From Myxococcota bacterium (GTDB lineage Bacteria; Myxococcota_A; Polyangia; Nannocystales; Nannocystaceae): DNA of 64,000 nt. This document shows, piece after piece, positions 42,393-52,218 of this stretch (its first letter is position 1; every line of letters starts with the position of its first letter). The translations under genes were made by a program, and so were the position numbers. The stretch spans positions 32,001 to 96,000 of the forward strand of contig JBCCHT010000001.1 in assembly GCA_039028615.1 (NCBI GenBank), in the 5' to 3' direction. The notes beneath the pieces were generated by a model, which was not told where the DNA came from, ran no database searches, and saw only the letters and a program-made list of their open reading frames with translations.

Positions 42393-44261
42393 TCAGGTTC
42401 CGTCGTCGGGCAAGGTCAGCTGCATGCACACCGCGTTGTCGAGCACCGCTCCCGCTTGGAAGTTCGCGGCTTGGCGAACCCCTTGCGCAACCTCGTCGAG
42501 CTCGACGGGACGGAACCCCAAACGAGCGGCGAAGAAGTCGGCGGCCTTCGTCGTGGTCAGGTACACCGTTCGAACACCGAGTGTTCGGGCCAAGCGAAGG
42601 ATGGCATCACCGATGACCCATCCCAGGCCTTGACCTCGACGCTCCGGCTCGACGGCAAGCCCAAAAAGGAACGCATGATCTCCAACCGTCTGCAGACTGA
42701 CCGTCGCCGAGATCCCGGAGTCGGCGTTGCGGACGACCAGGGTCTCGACCGTCTCCGACGCGATCAGCGCGGGAAGCTCGTAACCCTCGAGTAGACCGTC
42801 GATGACGGGCTGATCGGCAGGCGTGCCCAAGGTCACGGGATCACCGAAACCGAGCAGCAAACGATCTCCGAGGCCGCCAAACGCCCCCGAAGAGAGCAGC
42901 ACGACGGTGTCCCCCGGACCGGCTTCGGCGAGCACCGAAGCCTCGAGGTCGTCGATCGATTCGAAGGCCTGAGCCGGCGCGCCCCGAGCCGTGATGGCCC
43001 GCGCCAGCGCGTAGGTGTCGAGTCGCTCCGACTCTTCGACCTTGCCCGGCCGGAACAGCGGCGCGACGTAGACCCGCGTGGCCGCGTCGAAGCTGCTGAC
43101 GAAGCCCTCGGAGAACGCCCGCCGATGCGAGGACGAGCTCCGCGGCTCGAAGCACACGTGCAGGCTCTTTTGCGGATAGCGGCGTCGCAACGCGCGAACG
43201 GTGAGCTGCACCGCGGTGGGGTGATGGGCGAAGTCGGTGATGACGCGGACGCCCTGGGCCAGACCCAGGAACTCCTGGCGTCGCTTCACGCCGCGGAAGT
43301 AGCGAATGGCCTCCCGCAGGGCATCCGGCTCGACCCCCTCGGCCCGGGCCACGGCCGCCGCCGCCAGCACGTTGCCGACGTTGTAGGCGCCGAACAACTG
43401 CATCGAGAACGAGCCCAGGCTCTGGCCGCGCTCGAACATCTCGAACACGGTGCGCCGCGCTCCCGCCCGCGAGCGGACGATGGCGCAGTACTCCACCGAC
43501 TCCACATCGGCGTCGCCGTCGGGCAGGACCCGGTACCGGACGACCCGGCCTGGGCACTGCGCCGCGATGCCCATCGCCTCGGGGCTGTCGGCGTTGACGA
43601 CCAGGTCGCCCTGCGGGTCGATGGTCTGGACGAACTCGGCGAAGGCGGTTCGGACCTCGTCGAGACCCGAGAAGATGTCCGCGTGGTCGAACTCGACTCC
43701 CGTGAGGATCGCTCGCTTCGGCCGGTAATGAAGGAACTTGGACTTCTTGTCGAAGAAGGCGGTGTCGTACTCGTCGCCTTCGAGGACAATTGCCCCACCC
43801 TTCCCCAAGTGGGCACCCGACGTCAGGTTCTGCGGGACCCCGCCGATCAGATAAGAAGGATCGAGCTTGGCGAAGTGGAGGATCCACGCCAGGAGGCTGG
43901 TGGTCGTGGTCTTGCCATGGGTGCCAGCCACCACCAGCGAGTCGCGACCGGGCAGCAGCGCCTCGGCCAGCATGCTGGGGAAGCTGGCCAGGGGAAGGTC
44001 CTTGGCCTGAGCCGCGAGCACCTCGGGATGATCGGAGCGACAGATGTTGCCCACGACCACCCGGTCCGGAGCCCACTCGAGGTTGGACCCGTCGAAGCCT
44101 TCGAACACGGGAATCTCGGCCTGCGCCAGCTGATCGGACATCGGCGGATAGATGGCTCCATCCGACCCGCGAACGTCATGACCGGCTTCCTTGAGCAGCC
44201 GCGCCAGGGCGCCCATGCCGGTCCCGGCGATCCCTATGAAATGGACCTTCAAGGCGCGCAA
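42393..44261 (-). CDS. mpl: Murein peptide ligase Mpl fused to a C-terminal GNAT acetyltransferase domain
   Basis: HFIGIAGTGM, YPPMS, GTHGKTTT, EGDEYDTAFFDK, EFDHADIF, GVKRRQE and DFAHHPTA; the final ~150 aa contain LAVEPERRGQGLG and VYLTTT. Confidence 0.9.
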   Translation of the reverse strand: MRALKVHFIGIAGTGMGALARLLKEAGHDVRGSDGAIYPPMSDQLAQAEIPVFEGFDGSNLEWAPDRVVVGNICRSDHPEVLAAQAKDLPLASFPSMLAEALLPGRDSLVVAGTHGKTTTTSLLAWILHFAKLDPSYLIGGVPQNLTSGAHLGKGGAIVLEGDEYDTAFFDKKSKFLHYRPKRAILTGVEFDHADIFSGLDEVRTAFAEFVQTIDPQGDLVVNADSPEAMGIAAQCPGRVVRYRVLPDGDADVESVEYCAIVRSRAGARRTVFEMFERGQSLGSFSMQLFGAYNVGNVLAAAAVARAEGVEPDALREAIRYFRGVKRRQEFLGLAQGVRVITDFAHHPTAVQLTVRALRRRYPQKSLHVCFEPRSSSSHRRAFSEGFVSSFDAATRVYVAPLFRPGKVEESERLDTYALARAITARGAPAQAFESIDDLEASVLAEAGPGDTVVLLSSGAFGGLGDRLLLGFGDPVTLGTPADQPVIDGLLEGYELPALIASETVETLVVRNADSGISATVSLQTVGDHAFLFGLAVEPERRGQGLGWVIGDAILRLARTLGVRTVYLTTTKAADFFAARLGFRPVELDEVAQGVRQAANFQAGAVLDNAVCMQLTLPDDGT

Positions 44262-44556
44262 GGATGTCCCTGTGGGGTGGGTGGGTCAACCCGGAGTACC
44301 CCCCCTCACAGCGGCCCAAATTATCGCACCTGGTGGCGCCGAGAACCGGCCTCGGTGTTCAACGAGCAGGGCGTTTTCGTCCCTCATCGTGCCAGGAGAA
44401 ATGCAATTGGGGCATTTTCACCCACTGTTCTTTCATGCATCAAATAGCGTAAACGTCACACTCCCTACGCGGGATTTCGCCAAGACGGCCCACCGGCCCC
44501 CTGCTAGGGTTGAAGTCGAAGTGGGTGGGGATTCAGAAACGGCGTCCAAGCCGGGT

Positions 44557-44940
44557 ATGGACCGCGGTCTGGGCGAAGGCCGCCAACACTTCCGCACTTC
44601 ACGCAAAGTACGGTGGCCCGTGGACTTCGAGGTCATCGGACGGGTGCCCGACATCGAGCCCGGCCGCCAGACGGCCGAGACCCGCGGCGTCAGCCTGGGT
44701 GGCGCATTCATCGCCCACCTATGGCCCCCACCCGTCGAAACGGACCTTCATCTGTGGCTTTTCCCCCACCAGCCGGCGGCCGGCCGCGGCAGCGCGCTGC
44801 GCCTCCGGGCCCAAGTTCGGTGGATCAACGAGGCCGCGGGCGCCCTCCCCGTGGGGTTTGGCGTCCAGTTCCGCGCACTAACCGCCGCCGATGAAGTCAT
44901 CCTGCACAGCAGTTTTTCAAGGTCTGCAAAGGTGGTATGA
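44557..44940 (+). CDS. PilZ-domain protein (degenerate second c-di-GMP motif)
   Basis: RQHFR (RxxxR), GVSLGG in place of D/NxSxxG, AQVRW...GFGVQF; ATG at 44557. Confidence 0.7.
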   Translation: MDRGLGEGRQHFRTSRKVRWPVDFEVIGRVPDIEPGRQTAETRGVSLGGAFIAHLWPPPVETDLHLWLFPHQPAAGRGSALRLRAQVRWINEAAGALPVGFGVQFRALTAADEVILHSSFSRSAKVV

Positions 44941-44943
44941 CCG

Positions 44944-45312
44944 ATGAGCCTCATGATGTCGGGTGAGCACACAATCACTGACGAGCGCCGACATAAACCG
45001 CGTTCGCTCGTTTCAGTTTCGCTTCGAATGTACGCCACGAATCGCCGGCTCTTGATGCGAGCGCGCACCGTCGACCTCTCGACTTCCGGCGCTCTCGTTC
45101 ATGGATCCGGCCCACTTCGGGTCGGCCAGACGGTCGATATCGAAGTCGCCCGCGGCCTCGCTCGCAACCCGCTGACGCTCCAAGCCGAAGTGGTTCGCAT
45201 CGCGACTCCGAACGAGCAACGCAAACAACACGGCGTCGCCCTTCGCTTCATCGACGTCAGTGCGATCGACGAAGCGATCATCGAGTCGATCATCAACAGC
45301 GCGCGCGGCTGA
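44944..45312 (+). CDS. PilZ-domain protein (canonical c-di-GMP motifs)
   Basis: ERRHKPR and DLSTSG; AEVVR...GVALRF. Confidence 0.85.
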   Translation: MSLMMSGEHTITDERRHKPRSLVSVSLRMYATNRRLLMRARTVDLSTSGALVHGSGPLRVGQTVDIEVARGLARNPLTLQAEVVRIATPNEQRKQHGVALRFIDVSAIDEAIIESIINSARG

Positions 45313-45425
45313 ACCGTCGCCCCCTTCTCGGCGCCCGGCGCCGGGCTCACTCAGGACGCCGCGTGGCTCATCGCCCGCGGCGCCGCTGATTTCGAACCGG
45401 GGCTGCGCTTCCCGTTGGTGCCAAA

Positions 45426-47207
45426 TCAAGCCGGCGTCGCCGGCGACTGCTGTTGGGATTGTGCGTACTGCCGCGCCCACGCCCACACGCACATGACGGC
45501 GGCCGGAGTCATCCCCGGGATCCGAGCCGCTTGTCCCGTGCTGCGCGGGCGGACGTCCAGCAGACGCTGGGCCGCCTCGTGGGTCAGCCCGGGCAAGCCG
45601 CGGTAGTCGAGGTCGGCGGGCAGCGGCAGGTCGGCCCCCTCCCCTCGCAGCCGAGCCACCTCGGTCTGCATGCGACCGGCATAGCCCGCGTAAAGGTGCT
45701 GCGCTCGAGCCCGGGCCAGCATCCACTCGGGGGCCTCGCCGTCGATGGGCTTTTTGCGTCGCAGCCGCTCCACCAGCGCTTCGACCCGCTCGGCCCGCGC
45801 CTGTGCTCGCGCATGGCGAGCTTCGCTGACCAACCCCGCCGCGAACGCCAGCGCGTCCAGGCGTCGGTCCGCGTTGTCTTCGCGAAGCAGGATTCGATAC
45901 TCCGCGCGCGAGGTGAACATGCGATAGGGCTCGTCGCAGCCTTGCGTGACCAGGTCGTCGACCAGCACGCCCAGGTAGCCCTGTTCGCGCGACACCGTCA
46001 GCGGCTCGCGCTCCTGCAGCTCGAGCGCCGCGTTGGTCCCCGCCAGCAGCCCCTGCGCCCCGGCTTCTTCGTAGCCCGAGGTGCCGTTGACCTGCCCCGC
46101 GAAGAACAGGCCCGCGATGTCCTTGGCCGCCAGGCGATGGTCGAGCGCGCGGGCATCGACGGCGTCGTACTCCACCGCGTAGCCCGGCCGCAGCATCACC
46201 GCCTGCTCGAGCCCGGGGATGGTGGCGACCATCTTCACCTGGACCTCGGCGGGCAGGCTGGTCGAGATCCCGTTGGGATAGACGCTGTGCGTGTCGAGTC
46301 CCTCCGGCTCCAAAAACACCTGGTGCTTTTCGCGGTGGGCGAAGCGAACGATCTTGTCCTCGACCGAGGGGCAGTAGCGCGGCCCTCGGCCTTCGATCTG
46401 CCCCGAGTACATCGGCGACTCGTGCAGGTGCTCGCGGATGAGGTCGTGCGTGCGCGCGTTGGTCCAGGTCAGGTGGCAGTCGACCTGAGGCAGCAGCGGC
46501 GGCGGTGGCTCGACGTCGTCCGGCAAGGTGAAGCGCGGGACCGGCTCCTCCGTGGGCTGGAGCTCGAGTTCGGTCGTATCGATGGTGCGCCCGTCCAGGC
46601 GCGGCGGCGTGCCGGTCTTGAGCCGACGCAGGGCGAAGCCCAGCGCGCCGAGCTGCTGCGACAGACCGGTGGCGGGCGCCTCTCCGACCCGCCCCCCCGG
46701 GATCCGCGAGGACCCCGTGTGCAGGATGCCGCCGAGGAAGGTGCCCGTGGTCACCACCACCGCGTCGCCGCGGATCTCCGAGCCGTCGTCCAGCCGGACG
46801 CCGTCGACGGTGCTGCGCCCGGCCCCCTCGCGCACGCACACGCCGTGCACCAGGCCCTGCACCACCTCGACCCCGGGGTGCTCGAGCAATGCGGCGCGCG
46901 CGTACTCGCCGTAGCGTTGCTTGTCGACCTGAGCGCGGGTCGCCCGGACCGCGGGGCCCTTGCTGCGGTTGAGGATCCGGGCATGGATGGCGCACGCATC
47001 GGCCGCCCGCCCCATGAAGCCGCCGAGGGCGTCGATCTCGGCGACGAGATGGCCCTTGGCCACGCCGCCGACGGAGGGGTTGCACGGCGTCTGGCCGATC
47101 GTATCGATCCGCCCCGTCACCACGATCACCCGGGCCCCCACCCGAGCGGCAGCGAAGGCCGCTTCCAGGCCCGCGTGCCCGCCTCCAACGACGATGACCG
47201 TACGCAT
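45426..47207 (-). CDS. mnmG: tRNA uridine-5-carboxymethylaminomethyl modification enzyme MnmG (GidA)
   Basis: [58 protein letters not shown] and [16 protein letters not shown] at 47207. Confidence 0.96.
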   Translation of the reverse strand: MRTVIVVGGGHAGLEAAFAAARVGARVIVVTGRIDTIGQTPCNPSVGGVAKGHLVAEIDALGGFMGRAADACAIHARILNRSKGPAVRATRAQVDKQRYGEYARAALLEHPGVEVVQGLVHGVCVREGAGRSTVDGVRLDDGSEIRGDAVVVTTGTFLGGILHTGSSRIPGGRVGEAPATGLSQQLGALGFALRRLKTGTPPRLDGRTIDTTELELQPTEEPVPRFTLPDDVEPPPPLLPQVDCHLTWTNARTHDLIREHLHESPMYSGQIEGRGPRYCPSVEDKIVRFAHREKHQVFLEPEGLDTHSVYPNGISTSLPAEVQVKMVATIPGLEQAVMLRPGYAVEYDAVDARALDHRLAAKDIAGLFFAGQVNGTSGYEEAGAQGLLAGTNAALELQEREPLTVSREQGYLGVLVDDLVTQGCDEPYRMFTSRAEYRILLREDNADRRLDALAFAAGLVSEARHARAQARAERVEALVERLRRKKPIDGEAPEWMLARARAQHLYAGYAGRMQTEVARLRGEGADLPLPADLDYRGLPGLTHEAAQRLLDVRPRSTGQAARIPGMTPAAVMCVWAWARQYAQSQQQSPATPA

Positions 47208-47232
47208 CGGTCGGCTCTTGTACCATGCCGCC

Positions 47233-48810
47233 ATGAAGCACGAGGGAGCACCCGGTATGGTCTCGATCGTGGGTGGGGGACCCGGGGATCCGGAGCTTCT
47301 CACCCTGGCCGGCAAGCGGCGCCTGGCCCGGGCCGACGTGGTGATTGCGGACTACCTGGCCAACCCCGCGCTGCTCGTGCACTGCCCCGACGACGTCCAG
47401 ATCTACCAGCGCACGGTGGGGCCGCGCGGCTATCGACCCGCGCGGGAGGGCGCCTTGCGCCAGCCGGACATCGAGCGACTGATGGTGGAGCACGCCCGCC
47501 GCGGCCAGCGAGTGGTCCGGCTCAAGGGTGGCGACCCGTGCCTGTTCGGGCGGGGTGGTGAAGAGGCCCAGACCCTGCGCGCGGCCGGCATCCCCTACGA
47601 GTTCGTGCCCGGCGTCAGTGCGCCCATCGCCGCGCCCGAGGCGGCCGGCATCCCCGTCACCCACCGCCACTTCACCCCCGCCGTCACCTTCGTCTCGGGC
47701 TGGGAGGCCTACGAAAAGGCGGGGCAGCAGGTCGCGTGGGAACACCTCGCCAAGTCGGCCGGCACCCTGGTGCTGATGATGTCGATCCGCAACGCGCGGG
47801 CCAACGCGCAGCGGCTGGTCGACTCCGGTCGTGACGCCTCGACCCCGGCCGCGATCGTGCGCTGGGGAACGCGCGGGATCCAAAAGACCGTCGTGGGCAC
47901 GCTCGCGGACATCGCCGACCGCATCGAGGCCGAGGGCATTCGCCCGCCCGCCGTGCTGGTCGTCGGCGAGGTCGTCGGCTTGCGCGAGGAGATCGGTTGG
48001 GTCGAGCAACGCCCGCTGTTCGGGCGCCGCGTCGTCGTCACCCGCTCCGCCGAGCAGTCGGCCGGGTTGGTCCTGGCCCTGTCCTCGCATGGCGCCGACG
48101 CGGTCGTGTTTCCCTGCCTGGGCGTCGCCCCGCCCGAGGATCCGCAGGCACTGGACGCCGCCGTGCGTAGCCTGGGCGACCACGATGGGCTCATGCTCTC
48201 GAGCCCCAACGGGGTGCGGGCGTGGTTCGATGCCATGGACGCGGCCGACCTGGATGCGCGTGCGCTGGCCGGGACCACCGTCGCCGTCATCGGATCGGGC
48301 ACCGCGGCCGCATGCCGCACGCGAGGGGTCATCGCCGACCTCGTGCCCGGTCGGGCGCGCGCCGAAGGGCTCGTCGATCTGCTGCGCGAGCGCGAGCTGC
48401 TCGGCTCCCGCTGGCTGCACGTGCGGGCCGACGAGGGGCGAGCCTTGATCGGCGAGGCGATCGAAGCGGCCGGCGGCCAGTATCGGCTGGTGACCGGCTA
48501 CCGCACCATTCGACCCGAGGTGCCGCGGCGGATGCTGAACTCGCTCAACGCGGTCGAGGCCGGGGGTGAAGGCTTCGACGCGGTGACCTTCGCCAGCGGC
48601 AAGGCGGCGCGTCACTTCATGCAGACGCTCGGGGAAGGGCTCGGGGACGAGGTCGCGAAGCAGCGAGTGGCCGCGGCCAAGGTGGTGTGCCGCGGACCGG
48701 TGACGACGGCTGCCGTCGAAGCGATGGGACTACGGGTCGACGCCACCGCCGACGCGACGACGGACGATGCCGTCGTCGACGCGCTACGCTCGGTGCTCGA
48801 GCCGAGCTGA
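47233..48810 (+). CDS. cobA: Uroporphyrinogen-III C-methyltransferase / uroporphyrinogen-III synthase fusion (CobA-HemD)
   Basis: [27 protein letters not shown] and GIPVTHR, then [21 protein letters not shown] and GPVT (HemD). Confidence 0.93.
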   Translation: MKHEGAPGMVSIVGGGPGDPELLTLAGKRRLARADVVIADYLANPALLVHCPDDVQIYQRTVGPRGYRPAREGALRQPDIERLMVEHARRGQRVVRLKGGDPCLFGRGGEEAQTLRAAGIPYEFVPGVSAPIAAPEAAGIPVTHRHFTPAVTFVSGWEAYEKAGQQVAWEHLAKSAGTLVLMMSIRNARANAQRLVDSGRDASTPAAIVRWGTRGIQKTVVGTLADIADRIEAEGIRPPAVLVVGEVVGLREEIGWVEQRPLFGRRVVVTRSAEQSAGLVLALSSHGADAVVFPCLGVAPPEDPQALDAAVRSLGDHDGLMLSSPNGVRAWFDAMDAADLDARALAGTTVAVIGSGTAAACRTRGVIADLVPGRARAEGLVDLLRERELLGSRWLHVRADEGRALIGEAIEAAGGQYRLVTGYRTIRPEVPRRMLNSLNAVEAGGEGFDAVTFASGKAARHFMQTLGEGLGDEVAKQRVAAAKVVCRGPVTTAAVEAMGLRVDATADATTDDAVVDALRSVLEPS

Positions 48811-48850
48811 GCGCGCCAGCATCGCGCGCCCAGCTGCACAGCCGCGCCCC

Positions 48851-49381
48851 TCAGCCGTTGGAGAACGGCAGGGACGAGTGGTGCAGCACGATCTTCATGC
48901 TGCTCTCGATGAGATAGCCGAAGGTGTACTCGACCTTCACGACGCCCCCGTCGGGCTGCGTGAAGTAGTAGTTGCCCATCGCGATCGCGACATTGCCATG
49001 GGCCTGAATCGTGGAGTTGATGAACTTGACGTCGATCCACGGAGCGATCGCGAAGCCCTTGTCCTCGGGGAAGTCGTCGTTGCCCCCCACGAAGTAGGAC
49101 AGTGCCCCTTCGAAGGTCGGGCGGAACTGGCGGAACTCGCACTTCGTCGGCTTGAAGTGCACCGTCTGATCGCCGTAGGCGTAGAGCTCTTTGATGTGCT
49201 CCGTGGCCCGGCCGACGTAGTCGCCCCCGTTGGTCAACTCGGCACCGATTTCGACGATGCCATCACCCCATTTTTTCTGTGCTTTATGAACGAGATCCAT
49301 ACGCCGAGATGCTGCACTCGAGTCGCACTGTTTGCAAATGGCAATCCCGTCGCGCTCGACACATTCACTGACTCGAACCAC
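48851..49381 (-). CDS. COG4337 / iota-class-like carbonic anhydrase (NTF2-like fold)
   Basis: WGDGIVEIG, FKPT, GALSYFVGG, EDKGFA..PW, AMGNYYF, KVEYTFGY and C-terminal LHHSSLP. Family assignment from recalled motifs; start uncertain. Confidence 0.72.
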   Translation of the reverse strand: MVRVSECVERDGIAICKQCDSSAASRRMDLVHKAQKKWGDGIVEIGAELTNGGDYVGRATEHIKELYAYGDQTVHFKPTKCEFRQFRPTFEGALSYFVGGNDDFPEDKGFAIAPWIDVKFINSTIQAHGNVAIAMGNYYFTQPDGGVVKVEYTFGYLIESSMKIVLHHSSLPFSNG

Positions 49382-49440
49382 GAACTATCGAGCGGATCAT
49401 CGCGGCATGATCCGAGCGTGAGCCCACCCCACGTGGGAGT

Positions 49441-49668
49441 TCATCGTTCGTTCTCAGCGGGTGCCAGCGCTGCGATGTTCGCCAGCAGCCACGCCGATGC
49501 CGCCATGAGCTGCAGCCAGTCCCCGGTGCCGTTGAGCCCATAGACGAGCACGCTGCCGATCCAGCACAGGCTCGCCACCGTCTGGCCCAGCCATTCGACG
49601 CGGAGCGCCTTGGTGGGGATGCGAATCTGCGTACGAGGCGAGTCACGCCCTTCACCGCGACTGGTCAA
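49441..49668 (-). CDS. Small two-TM membrane protein
   Basis: EWLGQTVASLCWIGSVLVYG...GDWLQLMAASAWLLANIAAL; TTG at 49668 overlaps the TGA of the upstream flavoprotein. Confidence 0.6.
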   Translation of the reverse strand: MTSRGEGRDSPRTQIRIPTKALRVEWLGQTVASLCWIGSVLVYGLNGTGDWLQLMAASAWLLANIAALAPAENER

Positions 49669-50795
49669 CACAAGCACTCTTCTCCACATACAGAGAGATC
49701 ATCGAGGTACATACCCCAATGCCGATATTTCTCGAGCCCCTGTGCTGCCAGCCCCAGTGAAGTCGCAATCGCCTTGACGACGATGGCGAAGCGTTGACGA
49801 TACTTATAGATGAAGCAGAACACATGATTGTCGTGACGGACGGCTGGACCGCATAGGAATAATCCGGGCACGATCGTCGACTCGTCGTGTTGGTTCAGCA
49901 ATGGAAAACCATCGCCACGAGGCTCGAACAAGTCCGCGACCAGTCGATGGCTTCCGCGGAACCCTCCGGCCAGGATCGGCGGCACGGGGGTACGAAAGCA
50001 CTGACCGTCCTTCGCCGTGACTTCATGGTAGCTGTCGGTGCGAGTGACCGAGATGATCGGAGTGTCGGAAAGCAGCCGCACGTACTCTCTGAACCAGGGC
50101 TCGCGCATCCGCTCGAGCGAGTACGTGGACAGCGAGACGCTCGGGTCCGAGGTCTTCGCCTCCCACGGGCACCCGGCGTCGAACAGGCGGACCCGCTTGT
50201 CGCGATCCGCGAGGTGGTAGGCGGCATCGATGCCGCTCTCGTACCCCCCGATGACGATGAAGTCCTCCCCTTCCAGCTCGGCGTAGCTGGGGATCGTGGC
50301 CGTGTGCCGACACAGCTCGCTCCCCTGGAAGCCACCGACCTGGGGATACTGAAACTCCCCCGCCGCCCAGACCACGTGCTTGGCCCGAAGCGTCTCCTCG
50401 TCCGTGTCGACCCGGAAGTCCTCACCGACCTTGGTGATGCGTAGGACCTCCGTGTTGGTGCGGACGGGCAGCTCGTAGTGACGCGCCACCGCGTTGAGGT
50501 GGACCGCATACTCTTCACCCGTCGGATGCTCCACCCCGAGGATGAACGCGGGCGAAGTCCCGAGCGCCACCGCGTTGAGATCGAGCATCCCGATCGAGTT
50601 GGTCGGGAACGACGGCGTGATGAAGCACGTCTCCGCCGGCCACAGGGCGAACGACGCCCCGATCATCAGTCGCTCGAGCACGACGAAGTTGTCGATCCCC
50701 GCGTGCCGAAGCGCGGCCCCGACCCCCACGCCTGCCGCACCGCCCCCCACGACGACCACGTCGTAGACGTGCGGCTGACTCGAGGTGCCGCTCAT
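49665..50795 (-). CDS. NAD(P)/FAD-dependent oxidoreductase with Cys-rich C-terminus
   Basis: VVVGGGAAG (FAD), WAAGEFQYP, IGGYESGID (second Rossmann motif), FCFIYKYRQRF, terminal DDLSVCGEECLC; AGGAG 5 nt before ATG 50795. Confidence 0.85.
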   Translation of the reverse strand: MSGTSSQPHVYDVVVVGGGAAGVGVGAALRHAGIDNFVVLERLMIGASFALWPAETCFITPSFPTNSIGMLDLNAVALGTSPAFILGVEHPTGEEYAVHLNAVARHYELPVRTNTEVLRITKVGEDFRVDTDEETLRAKHVVWAAGEFQYPQVGGFQGSELCRHTATIPSYAELEGEDFIVIGGYESGIDAAYHLADRDKRVRLFDAGCPWEAKTSDPSVSLSTYSLERMREPWFREYVRLLSDTPIISVTRTDSYHEVTAKDGQCFRTPVPPILAGGFRGSHRLVADLFEPRGDGFPLLNQHDESTIVPGLFLCGPAVRHDNHVFCFIYKYRQRFAIVVKAIATSLGLAAQGLEKYRHWGMYLDDLSVCGEECLC

Positions 50796-50900
50796 CGGAG
50801 CTCCTGGGCCGCGTGACGCCGAGGGGTCGCCGAACGACGCGTCACGGTGCGCGGACGGTGGTTTCTGTCGTCGGGACGGGTCATGGCGGCTGACCGGTTC

Positions 50901-50928
50901 TTTATATGCAATACCGTTGCAGGTGCAA
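50901..50928 (-). promoter_or_regulatory. Putative sigma70 promoter overlapped by a Zur-type operator
   Basis: Minus strand TTGCAC-N16-TATAAA; plus strand 50906-50922 ATGCAAT-ACC-GTTGCAG matches the recalled deltaproteobacterial Zur consensus ATGCAAC-N3-GTTGCAT at 12 of 14 specified positions. Confidence 0.6.
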
Positions 50929-51005
50929 GTCAATTTCAGTTACGTTTTTCCAAGACCGGGCCGGAGGCGTGCACGCCCGGACGCTCCTCGGTCGACCTCT
51001 CGAGC

Positions 51006-51689
51006 ATGTCGGAGATGAAGGGCCACGAACGGATCGGTCGCGGCCTCGACATCGCGGTGGCGGCGACCGTCGCGAACGTCGGCTGCGATCTTCTGCTTCA
51101 CTCTGGGCCGTCCGCCGGCGCAGACATCAGCGACACCGCCTTCCTGCTGCCGGCGCTCGCCTCCCTTCCGGTTTGGCGGGTGGGGCTCGGCGCAGGCCTC
51201 GGGCTCGTGTTCATCAGCAGCTGGTTGCTCACCGCGCCTGCGCTGTTCGTCCTGCTCCGGGGTGTCCGCCCGTGGGTGCGCGACGCCGTGATGTCGAGCC
51301 TGGCCGTGTTCACCGTCTCGAGTGCCGCGTTTCACGGGTCCTATGCCGTGAGCGCAGCCGCGGGGAGGCTGGTCGGCGCCGAAGCACTCGACCCCGCGAC
51401 GTCGGCCGCGACGATCGAGACTGCGATGATGGCCATCATCGTTCCCATGATGGGCTCGTTGTTCGTGTTGTCTGCCTTGCTCGCCGGCTCGATTCTCGGC
51501 GGTCGAACGGCCATGCCGCGCTGGACCGCCGCTGCGTCCCCGCTCCTGTTCGCCTCGCTTCCCCCGATGCTGGCGTCACTGCTCCCCGCCCCCTGGGGCG
51601 GCACCGTCGCGATCGCAGCGTCCACCGCCGGACTCGCCGGCTTCCTGGTGTTCCTCCGTTCCTGTTGGCGTCGATACGGGCGCGGTTGA
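51006..51689 (+). CDS. Multi-pass membrane hypothetical protein
   Basis: About 6 hydrophobic helices; CDLLL near the N-terminus; start ATG 51006 or 51015. Confidence 0.65.
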   Translation: MSEMKGHERIGRGLDIAVAATVANVGCDLLLHSGPSAGADISDTAFLLPALASLPVWRVGLGAGLGLVFISSWLLTAPALFVLLRGVRPWVRDAVMSSLAVFTVSSAAFHGSYAVSAAAGRLVGAEALDPATSAATIETAMMAIIVPMMGSLFVLSALLAGSILGGRTAMPRWTAAASPLLFASLPPMLASLLPAPWGGTVAIAASTAGLAGFLVFLRSCWRRYGRG

Positions 51690-51725
51690 AGCGGCCTGAC
51701 ACGTGCGCGTCCCTGCCCCCAACGC

Positions 51726-51781
51726 CGAGACCCCGGCCTCGTTCGAGGCTCGGGGTCTCGTGGTCTCGTGGTCTCGTGGTC
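51726..51781. terminator. Long hairpin between convergent genes, followed by a short tandem repeat
   Basis: CGAGACCCCG-GCCTCG-TT-CGAGGC-TCGGGGTCTCG, continuing as (GGTCTCGT)x3; no U tract. Confidence 0.5.
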
Positions 51782-51783
51782 GT

Positions 51784-52218
51784 TCAGCGGAACAGCAGCA
51801 GGGCCGAGAAGGCCAGCGCCAAGATGGCGTAGAACTCGGGGAAGACCGCCAGCAGCATGGCCTGAGCGACGCCCATGCGGTCCTGGTTGATGCTCTTGAT
51901 GCCCGCCGCACAGACGGCGCCCTGGTACCAGCCCGAGACCAGGCAGGCGATGCCCGTGAGGAGGCCGCAGGCGAACACGGTGAGGAAGCGGCCCTCCTCG
52001 AGCGCGGTGAGGCACAGGAAGCCGACCGCGAAGCTGTACAGGCCCTGGGTGCCGGGGAGCACCGAGACCGCGATGCCTTCGCTGCGCTTTTCGTTTCGCA
52101 TGCCGCACGCGGCACTGCCCGCGACCGACAAGCCGATGGCCGAGCCGGCCAGTCCCAAACCCAAGGTCCCGAGGCCTAGATAGGCCAGGACCGAACCCAG
52201 TGTGATTTCCACCATCAT
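51784..52218 (-). CDS. ntpK: V/A-type ATPase proteolipid subunit K (c), 4 TM, Na+-site signature
   Basis: GSAIG, LPGTQGLY, WYQG and FPEFYAIL; ATG at 52218 overlaps the subunit I stop. Confidence 0.92.
   Translation of the reverse strand: MMVEITLGSVLAYLGLGTLGLGLAGSAIGLSVAGSAACGMRNEKRSEGIAVSVLPGTQGLYSFAVGFLCLTALEEGRFLTVFACGLLTGIACLVSGWYQGAVCAAGIKSINQDRMGVAQAMLLAVFPEFYAILALAFSALLLFR

Noticed and set aside
45013..48615. Very long alternative-frame ORFs (also 11218-14094, 18258-20951, 37063-39687, 29532-31583)
   Set aside because: Shadow ORFs expected in very high-GC DNA; they overlap well-supported genes and show no family motifs.
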